DNA of 50,679 nt from a virus (IMGVR_UViG_3300032218_003909:1-50679); one strand, 5' to 3'; shown: positions 8,964 through 19,068, counted from the stretch's first letter. Program-made: numbers and translations. Notes: generated by a model not told the origin, from the letters alone.

Positions 8964-10001
8964 TCAAGCAGACTTCATGCAAGTAACACGAGCCATTTCT
9001 TTCCACTTCAGCGGAAAGGACTTGGCAAGGTCAGCAATCTTGACTGCCATACGCAGGCTCATTTCGCGCAGGTGTTCCTTGTTATCCGACATGAACTCAA
9101 TGATGTCATTCTGCTGAACATCATTAAAGTTATAATCATCAAACAACACGCCATCAGTGGCGATCTGCTTGATACGCAGGATCTTGTCGCGCATGGTGTC
9201 CAGAGTAAGGTCGAGGTAGTGACAACGACTCTGAAGAGCTTCCAAATGATCCTTGAGCTTTTGACTCTTGAAGCTGTCGAACTTGAGGTTAGTGATAAAC
9301 ACCACCGACCCACGGAACTCAAAGCTGTCAGGAATGCCCTCACGACGCAGAGTGCTGGATTCAGCTAACCAGCTGATCTTACGTTTTTTGCCCGAGTCCA
9401 GCGCACCCTTCAGAAGGTTCAGCGAAACGTCATCCATCAGAATGCTATCGCAGTCATCGAATACCACCATGCAGTTCGTATCGCTGAACTTGTACAAGGT
9501 CTGATACAAGCCGATAGGGGTCGCTGAGCCCTTGACCACTTCTGCACGCAAACGCTTGCCGCTGATTTGATCGAACAGACACGCCTTCTCAACAATTCGC
9601 TCCACACCAAAAGACTTACCGACTCCAGGAGGTCCACTGACGATAAGGGCACGGATATCACCGTTCACCGCAGCTTGCGTCATTTCATCGAGGATTTCAA
9701 ATCGCGAACGAATCCGTGACATAACTTCTTCATCCGATTCCATCACAGCTTCAGCTACTGCTTTTCCAACTTGATTAGACTTCACAATTACCTCACCGTC
9801 GTTTACAAATTCATAGCTACGAATACCAGCCACCTTGATGCGAATAGCATCAGCTCGACCAGGAAACTGACCGTCATTTACTACGGTCACAAAACCACCC
9901 TTGCGGCCCGGCTGGTACTGCTTTACCAACTCAAACACCATGCCTGAACATTCAGCGTTACGATAATTGCCATTAATGATGCGGATGAAAGATTTCGACA
10001 T
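8964..10001 (-). CDS. AAA+ ATPase (early gene)
   Basis: Walker A GPPGVGKS, Walker B VVFDDCD, sensor ITN, Arg finger ALQSR; GC-richer codon usage; GGAG RBS. Confidence 0.9.
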   Translation of the reverse strand: MSKSFIRIINGNYRNAECSGMVFELVKQYQPGRKGGFVTVVNDGQFPGRADAIRIKVAGIRSYEFVNDGEVIVKSNQVGKAVAEAVMESDEEVMSRIRSRFEILDEMTQAAVNGDIRALIVSGPPGVGKSFGVERIVEKACLFDQISGKRLRAEVVKGSATPIGLYQTLYKFSDTNCMVVFDDCDSILMDDVSLNLLKGALDSGKKRKISWLAESSTLRREGIPDSFEFRGSVVFITNLKFDSFKSQKLKDHLEALQSRCHYLDLTLDTMRDKILRIKQIATDGVLFDDYNFNDVQQNDIIEFMSDNKEHLREMSLRMAVKIADLAKSFPLKWKEMARVTCMKSA

Positions 10002-10035
10002 ATTTACTAGCTCCGTTCTTTGACGTTATGTGTGT

Positions 10036-10064
10036 ATTTTACAGACTCAACCACCGTTTGTCAA
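10036..10064 (-). promoter_or_regulatory. Sigma70-type early promoter of the AAA gene
   Basis: TTGACA-N17-TAAAAT; IHF-consensus AATCAATAACTTG at 10094-10106. Confidence 0.85.
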
Positions 10065-10108
10065 CCGTCTAGTGCCAACTAAAACTTGTGTAAAATCAAT
10101 AACTTGTA

Positions 10109-10627
10109 TTAAAACCACAAATCTTTTGTATTCAATGACTTACGAGCTAGCTTTAAGTAGGTATTGGCTCGACTGTGACGCATTTCGTCATCATCTAGTG
10201 CTGCCAGTGCATCAACCAACTGAGATTTGGGCATTCCGCACTCTGCGTAGCCTTCCATTAGCATGTTTAGATAACTGTTATCTGGATACGCATCCGGCTC
10301 GTTCTGCGCCATGTAATATATCCATGAATTGGACCTCAAACCAGCAGGATAATATCTACTCGGAGTTGGCACTAGCTTACGCTGGTAGTATCCAGGATAC
10401 CCTTCGAGGATGTCCAAGCTAGCTAAATCCTCATCAGAGATTTGCCATAGTGCACACCAGACTGATGACCCGCGTTCATAAACTACGTCAGCGTGATAAG
10501 CAAACCGTAGTCTATAATCGGATAGTCTAACTGCATTAATAAAAACAGCATCAGGACAACGATAGCGCATGCTGTCGATGTTAGTGTTCATGCCGTAGCC
10601 CAAATATAAATGAGTTTTAGTATTCAT
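10109..10627 (-). CDS. Gamma-glutamylcyclotransferase (AIG2/GGACT-like)
   Basis: YLGYGMN...LD.LEGYPGYY.R...W.YYM...P...YL..L.EGY; ATG at 10627. Confidence 0.85.
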   Translation of the reverse strand: MNTKTHLYLGYGMNTNIDSMRYRCPDAVFINAVRLSDYRLRFAYHADVVYERGSSVWCALWQISDEDLASLDILEGYPGYYQRKLVPTPSRYYPAGLRSNSWIYYMAQNEPDAYPDNSYLNMLMEGYAECGMPKSQLVDALAALDDDEMRHSRANTYLKLARKSLNTKDLWF

Positions 10628-10662
10628 TGTGTTATGGTAACACAATGAATACAATTTGTCAA
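10620..10662 (-). promoter_or_regulatory. Sigma70 promoter inside a 15-bp perfect inverted repeat; leaderless start
   Basis: TTGACA(10657-62)-N17-TACCAT(10634-39)-6 nt-ATG; repeat arms at 10620-10634 and 10638-10652. Confidence 0.7.
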
Positions 10663-10663
10663 G

Positions 10664-11428
10664 TTAAAAGTAAGTGATATTAGACCGAGGGAAATAGCAT
10701 TCGTTCTGCACCAATGGCTTTATTTTGATTGTTTCAAGTACTGCAGATTTTCCTAAGCCCATCGCTAGGCTGTATACGAAATTTTGATTAGCCATCACTA
10801 AATCTGCGCCGTCTACAATATTGGCTAGTTCCAAAAAATCTCTGACTTGATAAAAAGGTATGTCTACGCCAGTGACAGCCAAGAAATCTTGATGTTCATC
10901 TACACTGCCTACGAATATACCATTCTTATCTAGTTGACCGCTGTGTGCCATTTCACGCCATACTGCGTCGCCGTTTGGGCAGCGATAACGAAAGGTTCTA
11001 CTAACCACAATAGAACGAACTGTGTTAGCATCAGCTGTTAACCAGGTAGTTTGATAATCACTTTCGTCGAACGGCAGTCTAAATGCTAAGTGATATGCTT
11101 GCACGTAGTTGCCCTCAAATCCTCGAAACAAAGTACCACGAAATCGATCTAGATCAATATCAGGTTCTGTGTCACCTTGCTGCCAAGTTCCGGTCTCTAA
11201 AATATAGTCCTGTCGATCGAGCAACGGCTTTAGCCATTTGTAATCCTGCAGAGTAAAACGACCTTTATGTGCGGTCGCCACTTCATCTGGTCGATAACCA
11301 TACTGACTCACACAGTTTTCAATGTTATTCAGCGCCACAAGAAATTTTCCTGGTTCCATTTTCTTTGCTAATGCTAATGAGTAGATCAGATCTCCTAAGG
11401 TACCTGAATGTCGATATGTTTTCATCAA
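10664..11428 (-). CDS. GT9-like glycosyltransferase
   Basis: G.LGDLIYSL N-terminus and FLELA.I..GA...NQ...LAMGLGK C-terminus, as in heptosyltransferase-fold enzymes. Confidence 0.65.
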   Translation of the reverse strand: MMKTYRHSGTLGDLIYSLALAKKMEPGKFLVALNNIENCVSQYGYRPDEVATAHKGRFTLQDYKWLKPLLDRQDYILETGTWQQGDTEPDIDLDRFRGTLFRGFEGNYVQAYHLAFRLPFDESDYQTTWLTADANTVRSIVVSRTFRYRCPNGDAVWREMAHSGQLDKNGIFVGSVDEHQDFLAVTGVDIPFYQVRDFLELANIVDGADLVMANQNFVYSLAMGLGKSAVLETIKIKPLVQNECYFPRSNITYF

Positions 11429-12324
11429 TCCCCCAAGGTTTTTAGTATAGCATCAGTGATCGCTTGAACATTCCAATTGGCAGTACAAGGAAATGTATCT
11501 TTGATACAGTTTAGTGCACGCACAGGTCTTAACTGATTATCATTACAACCGCGGCAGTCTTCTAATGTCTGGATAGCAGTACAATCACTGCCAAAATCTG
11601 ATTGTCCTTTGCGATAAGGTAAAATAATCTCTGGCCGAAGATGCGTTAGCAAAGCAATAATGTGAGTCTTGCTGGCTGCTGCGCACCAATATGGACCTGA
11701 GTCGATTCCGACAAAACAACGAGAATGATCCATAAGATACTTCAATTGTTGCATGTTGTAGATATTTCTAGCATCAAAAATCAACGGATGATCTACATAT
11801 AAATCAGATTCTGTACCTACACACACAATATTAAAATCAGTGCGTACAGCAAAGCATCTGCTGAATACTTCCAACCAAGTATCAGTACTGATATTCTTTG
11901 CTCCCCAATGCCAGTTTCTCATATGAACTACAATAAACTTATCGGCAAGCTCAGTAAGATCAGAATCCACTAAAACTTGATCTTCTGCAGTTGAAAACAG
12001 TTCTACTGAATGATCATGCAGATTATGTCCAAACGCTCGATAATGATAGTTTTCAACATAATGTTTAGTTGGATTCGTCTCATATGCATCATCTAGATTA
12101 ATGTACATTTGATAATCATTGATATCTGGAGGACTATTCACATGCCACATATACCTGATATGCGGATTGTTGCGATAGACTTCCGGAACACCTGTTAAAA
12201 CATCTATAATTGCGTTGTCTTTATAAGCATTCTTCAGTTCGCGAACTATGCTAGTACTCATAATTACGTCACCGACCGCAGCTTCTCGACGTAATAATAT
12301 ACTAATAGGTTTTTCTAATTTCAC
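11425..12324 (-). CDS. GT9 ADP-heptose:LPS heptosyltransferase-like
   Basis: R..AVGDVIMST, NNPHI, FVGIDSGP..AAA motifs. Confidence 0.85.
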   Translation of the reverse strand: MKLEKPISILLRREAAVGDVIMSTSIVRELKNAYKDNAIIDVLTGVPEVYRNNPHIRYMWHVNSPPDINDYQMYINLDDAYETNPTKHYVENYHYRAFGHNLHDHSVELFSTAEDQVLVDSDLTELADKFIVVHMRNWHWGAKNISTDTWLEVFSRCFAVRTDFNIVCVGTESDLYVDHPLIFDARNIYNMQQLKYLMDHSRCFVGIDSGPYWCAAASKTHIIALLTHLRPEIILPYRKGQSDFGSDCTAIQTLEDCRGCNDNQLRPVRALNCIKDTFPCTANWNVQAITDAILKTLGD

Positions 12325-13526
12325 TGTATCTCCATCCTAGGAAAGTATTTCATAAATTTGTCATTGGGATTATTTCGTCGGCCACGAATTTGTCGTTTGA
12401 TTTCCAAGAACAAATTCCATGCCAGTGGTATAAACAAGATCTTTTTATAATTGTAATCAGTTAAATAATCACTTGATACTATTTGTATGTCAACTCCTGG
12501 GCACCACTTATTTTGTTTCAACGGATTGTCATCGATGATCCAATCAATGTCCAGCTTGCCAGCAGTGATCAAGGTCATTCCTTTTGCTGCAGCACCATAG
12601 CCAATCACTGTATAACCCTGTACTCGATGTTCTGCAATTACTTGCTGAATATCTTGTAGAGTTTTATCAACTCCGCTAGCCCAATTGGTATATGTTGCTG
12701 CAGTTTGCAAGCCTTCATTTCTCTCTACATCTAGAATGTTGTCGAGATTATATTGATCACAACATTCGTGTGCCAATACAAAAATGTAACTTGTACCATG
12801 GATCGGTGTCTTGACCACATCGATCAAGCATAGTCCTGCACGTTCGGCTAGTCTTCGCATACTTTCAGCATTATAGAAACTGATGTGTTCGTGATAGATA
12901 GTATCAAATTCACCATTTTGAATCATTTCAGCCTGGCTAGTGCTGATAAACATCCTACCATTAGGTTTTAGATATTTCTTTACTAACTTCAAGTAACTCA
13001 AAGGATCTGGTATGTGAGCAAAAGCGTTTTGACTAGTGATAATATCAAAACGTTCATGCAATTTGTCAGCAGTGGTGGTGTTCCAGTATCCCAAAGTAAC
13101 ATTGTGATTTGTGCTGCTAACAGGAAAAATATTTTCTGCTGGGTCTACGCCATAAGTTTGAAATCCAAGTTCCTTAAATGCATCAAGCTGACTGCCATCA
13201 TTGCATCCAATATCCAACACTGTCTCACCAGAGTAATCTAGCTTTTCTAAACAGAAGTTAGCATACCATTTCATATAGCGAAGATATGTCGCACTAGTAC
13301 CAGATACATACAAATAATTCTTATAAAGAATATCAGGATTAACTACATGAGTGAGCTGTAAATGATTGCATGCAGTGCAACGATTTACAGTTAACGGATA
13401 ACTGTTGTAGCTATCATCTTTGCTATTACGAAGATTATTAGCTGGAGCTTGAATGCCTAAATCTAACGTGAGACTGAGGTCATTATTGCCGCAGGCTACA
13501 CATTCTTTTAACTTTACACAATCCAT
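12321..13526 (-). CDS. NDP-sugar C-methyltransferase
   Basis: Zn-binding CxxC...CxxC, LDIGCNDG, FDTIYHEH, GYGAAAKG. Confidence 0.9.
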   Translation of the reverse strand: MDCVKLKECVACGNNDLSLTLDLGIQAPANNLRNSKDDSYNSYPLTVNRCTACNHLQLTHVVNPDILYKNYLYVSGTSATYLRYMKWYANFCLEKLDYSGETVLDIGCNDGSQLDAFKELGFQTYGVDPAENIFPVSSTNHNVTLGYWNTTTADKLHERFDIITSQNAFAHIPDPLSYLKLVKKYLKPNGRMFISTSQAEMIQNGEFDTIYHEHISFYNAESMRRLAERAGLCLIDVVKTPIHGTSYIFVLAHECCDQYNLDNILDVERNEGLQTAATYTNWASGVDKTLQDIQQVIAEHRVQGYTVIGYGAAAKGMTLITAGKLDIDWIIDDNPLKQNKWCPGVDIQIVSSDYLTDYNYKKILFIPLAWNLFLEIKRQIRGRRNNPNDKFMKYFPRMEIQ

Positions 13527-13527
13527 T

Positions 13528-14247
13528 TTAATTCCTTATTGCACCGCCATTTGGAGCGATAAAACCCTCTACGCCCAACAGTGGCACTTCGGTGACTAGT
13601 TCTGTCGGAAGAAATTTATACAGTACATGTTCAATATCAGCGTATCCGCCAACGGCTACTCGTTCTCCGATATAAGCTAGACTTTGATTGTAAACATCAA
13701 TCACTGTAGGCGTATTAACAGCTGGCCAGGACCACAATCTAGCCATATACTGCAAGTCAATGCCAGTCAGTTTAAAAGGAAATTGACTTGAATGCTTTGG
13801 GCCGATCAAAATACGATCTTTTTTCTGTTCGTAAAGTTCTAGATTGAAATCATCATTCAACAAGTAACGACCACTCATTTTGTGGATTCGATCTACGTCT
13901 GAAAAGTCGCCGTCATCCCAGCATTGCTGTAAAACGCGAGCAAAGCACATTATCTCAGTAGTGTTCTTTACCACATCCCAATTATCGCTCTGATAGATAG
14001 CTTGAACATCAGGATCATCTGTGAAATCAAACATAATATCTGAAGCCACATCCAATGCGTCCGTCTGTGCTTGATTGAGTGGCACACCTGTGCATTCCAT
14101 TAATATAATCTGGCAGCCAGGCACACGAGTTCGCAAACTGTTAATAGTAGCCAATGTTTGCTTTAGTCTATCAGTAGAATTGTATACGCCAAATTTGCTG
14201 TTGATGGCGCTAGTAACTATAAATGCGTGTTTTATTTTCGTAACCAA
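13528..14247 (-). CDS. Hypothetical protein, possible glycosyltransferase
   Basis: IVTSAI...RL.QTL.TI.S...KMSGRY.L; probable TTG start at 14247; glycan-locus context. Confidence 0.6.
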   Translation of the reverse strand: MVTKIKHAFIVTSAINSKFGVYNSTDRLKQTLATINSLRTRVPGCQIILMECTGVPLNQAQTDALDVASDIMFDFTDDPDVQAIYQSDNWDVVKNTTEIMCFARVLQQCWDDGDFSDVDRIHKMSGRYLLNDDFNLELYEQKKDRILIGPKHSSQFPFKLTGIDLQYMARLWSWPAVNTPTVIDVYNQSLAYIGERVAVGGYADIEHVLYKFLPTELVTEVPLLGVEGFIAPNGGAIRN

Positions 14248-15266
14248 CGTTCGTTCTCCAATGTCCAATGCACCATATCGCGGATGCGTTCGCTAAGTTT
14301 AATCTCTGGTTTCCAACCTAAGCTGGCTAGTAATCCACCGTCTAATGCATATCGTAGATCATGACCTGGACGACTGGTATGAAAATCAGTCATTTCATAT
14401 ATCAATTCTTTATCTTGAGCATCAGCAATCATCTGCGCCAGTGTAAGATTATCAATCTCCTCAGTGCCTACCAAATTAAACTTAGGACAATGAGCGCCAC
14501 CAAAATCATTAGTATGCTTGTAATCTTCTAGATTAAGAATAAACATTAATCCCTCTGCAACATCTCGTGCGTGTATGTACATACGAGTACCTGCGACAGT
14601 ACGTGTGGGGTCAGCATGAATAATTACCTTTTCTCCATCACGAACTTTTTGAATTGTAGCAGGAATGAACTTTTCAGGATGCTGTCGTTCACCAAACACG
14701 TTCATAGTGTGTGTGACGATTATAGGCATCTTATAAGTATTTTCATATGCTACACAGAATTCTTCTGCTGCTGCTTTGCTAGCACTATAGGGATTAGTGC
14801 TGTTATAGCGATCATATTCTTTATAGCTTACACCTCGTGGTGCTACACCAAAAATTTCATCGGTGCTGAAGTATACAAATTTCTCTAGGTTCGGCAAATG
14901 CTTACGAGCATAGTCTAGCGTATTCACTGTACCCACTACGTTGTCTTGGACAAACTCCATTGGATAAGTGATACTGCGATCAACATGACTGCCAGCAGCT
15001 AGATGTAATACAATATCAACGTGTCCGATGTCCTGTACAATTTGACTATTAATTTCAGCTTTTAAATCATGAAAGATGATACGTATGCGACGACTGACCA
15101 TCACAGGGTCATGGTCAATTAACATATCATGTAGTCTATTCAAATTACCAGAAATATCTAGCCTATCTAGACTAACAATCTTCCAATCCGTATCTCTTAA
15201 TATTTTATCTATAACATGGTGCGCGATAAATCCTGCGCCGCCAGTGATTAGGACAGTTTTTGACAT
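14232..15266 (-). CDS. rfbB: dTDP-glucose 4,6-dehydratase-like
   Basis: TGGAGFI, HLAAGSHVDRSI, STDE, PYSASK, RPGHDLRY. Confidence 0.9.
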   Translation of the reverse strand: MSKTVLITGGAGFIAHHVIDKILRDTDWKIVSLDRLDISGNLNRLHDMLIDHDPVMVSRRIRIIFHDLKAEINSQIVQDIGHVDIVLHLAAGSHVDRSITYPMEFVQDNVVGTVNTLDYARKHLPNLEKFVYFSTDEIFGVAPRGVSYKEYDRYNSTNPYSASKAAAEEFCVAYENTYKMPIIVTHTMNVFGERQHPEKFIPATIQKVRDGEKVIIHADPTRTVAGTRMYIHARDVAEGLMFILNLEDYKHTNDFGGAHCPKFNLVGTEEIDNLTLAQMIADAQDKELIYEMTDFHTSRPGHDLRYALDGGLLASLGWKPEIKLSERIRDMVHWTLENERWLRK

Positions 15267-15321
15267 AAATCCTCATATATAATCGAATGTCCAATATTTA
15301 TTGTGACATACATGTCGAGCT

Positions 15322-15395
15322 AGATTATTGCAAGGCGTTAGATCTGTCAAGCGGTTTAATAACCGCTTGACTACTACCAGAACTAAGTATACAGT
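15322..15395. promoter_or_regulatory. Divergent promoter pair with -35 boxes in an 11-bp inverted repeat
   Basis: GTCAAGCGGTT-taat-AACCGCTTGAC (15346-15371). Minus: TTGACA-N17-TAATCT. Plus: TTGACT-N17-TACAGT. Confidence 0.6.
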
Positions 15396-15423
15396 GATCA
15401 ATCAATTATGAGTGTCAATTAAT

Positions 15424-16743
15424 ATGAAAGAAATTTTAGAACAAGTAAAGACTTACATAGAACAACAACAAAATGAAAAAGAATGGGTAGCAGGACGCGA
15501 TTTCGTGAATTACGCCGGGCCTTATTTCAACTCTGATGAATATGTTGCAGCAGTTGAAAGCCTTTTGAAAGGCTGGTTAGTTTTAGGTACCGATGGTCTT
15601 AAATTTGAACGTAAATTTTCAAGGTTATTGGGGCATGCTAGCGGCGTTCTTACTAACAGTGGCAGTAGCAGCAATCTATTAATGATGGCAGCTTTGACTA
15701 GTAAGCGAGGATATAATCTTTTACCTGGAACAAAAGTTCTCACTCCGATTGCAGGATTTCCAACTACACTAAATCCTACCTTGCAAGTGGGCTTCACGCC
15801 AGTGTTTGTTGACATTGAATTGGACACGTTAAACCTGGACCTAGATCATGTTGAACGTATCCTTGCATTTAATTCTGACATTCGTGTGATAACATTCGCG
15901 CACGTACTTGGAAATCCACCTGCAATGGACAAGCTGATGGATCTAGTCCGCGCACATGATTTAATCTTGCTTGAAGATTGTTGTGATGCATTGGGCAGTA
16001 CGTATGATAATAAACCATTGGGCAGTTTTGGCTTAATGTCTAGCTGTAGTTTTTATCCGGCCCATCACATGACAATGGGTGAGGGCGGCTTCGTTGCTAC
16101 CAGCGATCACACATATGAGACTATTTTACGTAATCTTCGAGAATGGGGACGAGGCTGTTATTGTGCTGGGCCAGAAGCCAATAAGTTAAAATGTGGTACT
16201 TGCAAAGAACGATTTAAAAACTGGATTCCCACATTGCCTAATGAAATCTTTGACCACAAGTACGTGTATGATGAAATAGGTTTTAATCTTAAACCTGTTG
16301 AACTACAAGCTAGCATGGGCTTAGTTCAATTAAACAAACTCGATGAAATACATTCGTTACGTCGCAGAAATTATAGATTGTTATTTGATATCTATCAAAA
16401 ATATGAACAGTTCTTTCATCTTCCCCGAGCGACAAGTAACAGTGATCCGAGTTGGTTTGCTTTTCCTCTTACTATCAGAAATGATGCACCGTTCACTCGT
16501 TCCGAACTTGTAGATTTCTTAGAAGAAAATCTGATTCAAACTCGCCCATATTTTGCTGGCAATATTATGTTGCAACCTGCGTACAGCCATCTGATGGATC
16601 CCGACAAGGCTAAAACAGGATTTCCCAATGCTACTTATGCAATGACTCACACGTTTTTCCATGGCACTAGTCCTGTAATCACACCTGGACAGATTGATTA
16701 TATTAAGCATGTGGTAGATAAGTTTATAAAAGAACGTATTTAA
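15424..16743 (+). CDS. rfbH: NDP-4-keto-6-deoxyglucose 3-dehydrase (RfbH/E1, DegT family)
   Basis: NSGSSSNLL, GFPTT, EDCCDALGS, SFYPAHH (His in place of the PLP Lys), WGRGCYC Cys motif, DHKY.Y. Confidence 0.9.
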   Translation: MKEILEQVKTYIEQQQNEKEWVAGRDFVNYAGPYFNSDEYVAAVESLLKGWLVLGTDGLKFERKFSRLLGHASGVLTNSGSSSNLLMMAALTSKRGYNLLPGTKVLTPIAGFPTTLNPTLQVGFTPVFVDIELDTLNLDLDHVERILAFNSDIRVITFAHVLGNPPAMDKLMDLVRAHDLILLEDCCDALGSTYDNKPLGSFGLMSSCSFYPAHHMTMGEGGFVATSDHTYETILRNLREWGRGCYCAGPEANKLKCGTCKERFKNWIPTLPNEIFDHKYVYDEIGFNLKPVELQASMGLVQLNKLDEIHSLRRRNYRLLFDIYQKYEQFFHLPRATSNSDPSWFAFPLTIRNDAPFTRSELVDFLEENLIQTRPYFAGNIMLQPAYSHLMDPDKAKTGFPNATYAMTHTFFHGTSPVITPGQIDYIKHVVDKFIKERI

Positions 16744-16780
16744 ATTCTATAAATATTCAACATTTGATTTTCGAGGTTTC

Positions 16781-17437
16781 ATGTACGCTATAGCAACAAT
16801 GCACGACAGTCAGTATAATGAACTGGCTTCAATCACCTATAATCAAAATAAAATACCGTATTGTCGAAAACATGGCTATAAATTGTTTGCCAAAGTAGAT
16901 AAATTCAGCGAAGGAAAAAAAATTTATTTTGATAAGATGCGTCATATTTTAGATGTATTGCGTTCTAATCCTGATATTCAATGGCTATGGTGGCTAGATT
17001 GTGATGCTGTGATTACAAATTTTGATATAGCTTTAAGCCAGTGGTGCGACGATGATTTTCACATTATTATCTGTTTAGATAGATATAACCTGAATAATGG
17101 AAGTTTTTTTATTCGTAATAGCGCTGAAGCAATTGGTTATATTGAACATATTATACGATTAGAAGATCAGTATCTGGATACTGCATGGCCAGAACAACAA
17201 CCAATGATTGATTTAATTGATCAATATTCAGAAATAATGAAATTTCATCCCCAAAGAGATTTCAATAGTTATGATTATGACTATTATTATAAAGATCACG
17301 GAAACACACATGATTGGGATCTATTCGGCTACAATGGAAATTGGAAAGAAGGCGATTTTGTATGTCACTATCCAGGAATAAAATACGAAGAAAAAATACG
17401 ACTAGCAAATGATATAGTAAAAAAGGTAATAACATGA
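16781..17437 (+). CDS. GT34 (GMA12/MNN10)-like glycosyltransferase
   Basis: YC.KHGY, WWLDCDA, LNNGSF.IRN, EQ, GDFVCHYPG; TATAAATA at 16748-16755. Confidence 0.85.
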   Translation: MYAIATMHDSQYNELASITYNQNKIPYCRKHGYKLFAKVDKFSEGKKIYFDKMRHILDVLRSNPDIQWLWWLDCDAVITNFDIALSQWCDDDFHIIICLDRYNLNNGSFFIRNSAEAIGYIEHIIRLEDQYLDTAWPEQQPMIDLIDQYSEIMKFHPQRDFNSYDYDYYYKDHGNTHDWDLFGYNGNWKEGDFVCHYPGIKYEEKIRLANDIVKKVIT

Positions 17438-18186
17438 CAATATTCACTGAAGCATTTCATCAGTTCAAGCATTGGGCAGAAGTGCGTCGTACAGAACTAA
17501 CACCGATAATAGGTGAACGAGCAAATTATACGGTTTTATACGGTCCATATAAAGACATGATCATATGGCCTAAGTGGCTGTGGAGCGATGGTGATTATGT
17601 TAACAAACTCCTCGGCCTTTATGAAAACGAATTGTATCCTGCTATCGAATCAGAACTTGCAAAATCACCGGACCTGATCATAAATGTTGGCAGTGCAGAG
17701 GGCTTTCATGGACTCGGCTGTGCATTACGTACAAATGTCTGTACAATATTAATCGACACTGATGCAAACGTACTTGAGATCGCTAAGGAAAACAGTTTAA
17801 TTAACAATCTTGATAACGTAGAATTCGATACCACCAGTTCAGCAGAACACATAAATTCTTTACTTGAAGGCAGTAAAAATCCTTTTATCATCATGGACTG
17901 CGAAGGCGCCGAACGTGAATTGATTAACCTAGATATTGCACCAAATTTAAAGAAAGCAGCAATGATTATTGAAACTCATGACTGCTTTATCGCTGACTTG
18001 ACTGATTATCTAACCGATATTCTGCGATCCACACATGATGTTACGATAATCTGCCAAGGCGCAAAAAATCCATATCTAGAACCGATTAATGATCTATGTG
18101 ATATTGATAAAATGATAATTTGCAGTGAGAATCGACCAATTACTAGTTGCTGGATATACGCAGTACCAAAAAAGGAAACTATATGA
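17434..18186 (+). CDS. SAM-dependent methyltransferase (FkbM-like)
   Basis: LGLYE.EL, INVGSAEG, IMDCEGAE, IETHD. Confidence 0.8.
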   Translation: MTIFTEAFHQFKHWAEVRRTELTPIIGERANYTVLYGPYKDMIIWPKWLWSDGDYVNKLLGLYENELYPAIESELAKSPDLIINVGSAEGFHGLGCALRTNVCTILIDTDANVLEIAKENSLINNLDNVEFDTTSSAEHINSLLEGSKNPFIIMDCEGAERELINLDIAPNLKKAAMIIETHDCFIADLTDYLTDILRSTHDVTIICQGAKNPYLEPINDLCDIDKMIICSENRPITSCWIYAVPKKETI

Positions 18187-19061
18187 CTGTATACGACTGT
18201 TGCATGTTTTTTAATGAAAACGATCTATATGAAATACGTTTAAATCAACATTGGGATTTTATAGATAAATTCGTTGTTGTTGAGGCAGGAGAAACACATA
18301 CTGGTCTGAAGAAACCTCTGAATTTTGACCATTCTCGGTTTAAGCCATGGGCTAGTAAAATAGAATATCGAAGTTTTAATAGCTTTGAAGAGGCTATGAA
18401 ACAGCATCCTGAACTTATAGATCAACACACCCTCATGGATAGAGGACCAAATAAGTCGTCTGCTGATTGGTCTAGAGATCATTTTCAAGGAAACTACATG
18501 TTGAAAGTTCTTCGAGATCTACAAGCAAAAAACGATGATATTGTTTTTATGTCTTGTTGCGACGAAATTTTAAGAAAACAAGCGTTTGATGCATGCAAAG
18601 ATATGCTACAAAAACATCCGGAGGGTGATGAGCTAATTTTTATGTTTAGACTTTGGCTCTATGCATATAAGTTTAATTTGCTGAGTAAAAGCTGTCATGA
18701 ATCTGATCCAACAGCAATGTTGGCTAAGTTTTCTGTTTTTGACAAAGCATTGCCTGCCACGCTGAGAGAATTTAGAATTTGTAATAGATTGATAGAAAAC
18801 GCAGGCTGGCATTTTACTTATTTGGACAACAGTGGTGGCCTGCAGGTGCTTGCTAAGCATCGTAGTTGGGCACATTCTAAAGATATCATAGATGGAGAAA
18901 AAGTAAAATTTGATTATGATGAAGAACATTTAGCAGATGCGGTTAATCATGTTATTAAGGGATACAATGTAAAATTAGTAGATTTATTGCCGCATACGCA
19001 TCCACAATATATACTAGATAATCTAGAGAAATTTAAAGACTACATATTGGAATCGGAGTAA
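18183..19061 (+). CDS. GT17-like glycosyltransferase
   Basis: YDCCMFFNE, FVVVE..ETHTG..K, SCCDEI, GWHFTY. Confidence 0.85.
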   Translation: MTVYDCCMFFNENDLYEIRLNQHWDFIDKFVVVEAGETHTGLKKPLNFDHSRFKPWASKIEYRSFNSFEEAMKQHPELIDQHTLMDRGPNKSSADWSRDHFQGNYMLKVLRDLQAKNDDIVFMSCCDEILRKQAFDACKDMLQKHPEGDELIFMFRLWLYAYKFNLLSKSCHESDPTAMLAKFSVFDKALPATLREFRICNRLIENAGWHFTYLDNSGGLQVLAKHRSWAHSKDIIDGEKVKFDYDEEHLADAVNHVIKGYNVKLVDLLPHTHPQYILDNLEKFKDYILESE

Positions 19062-19068
19062 AATATTC

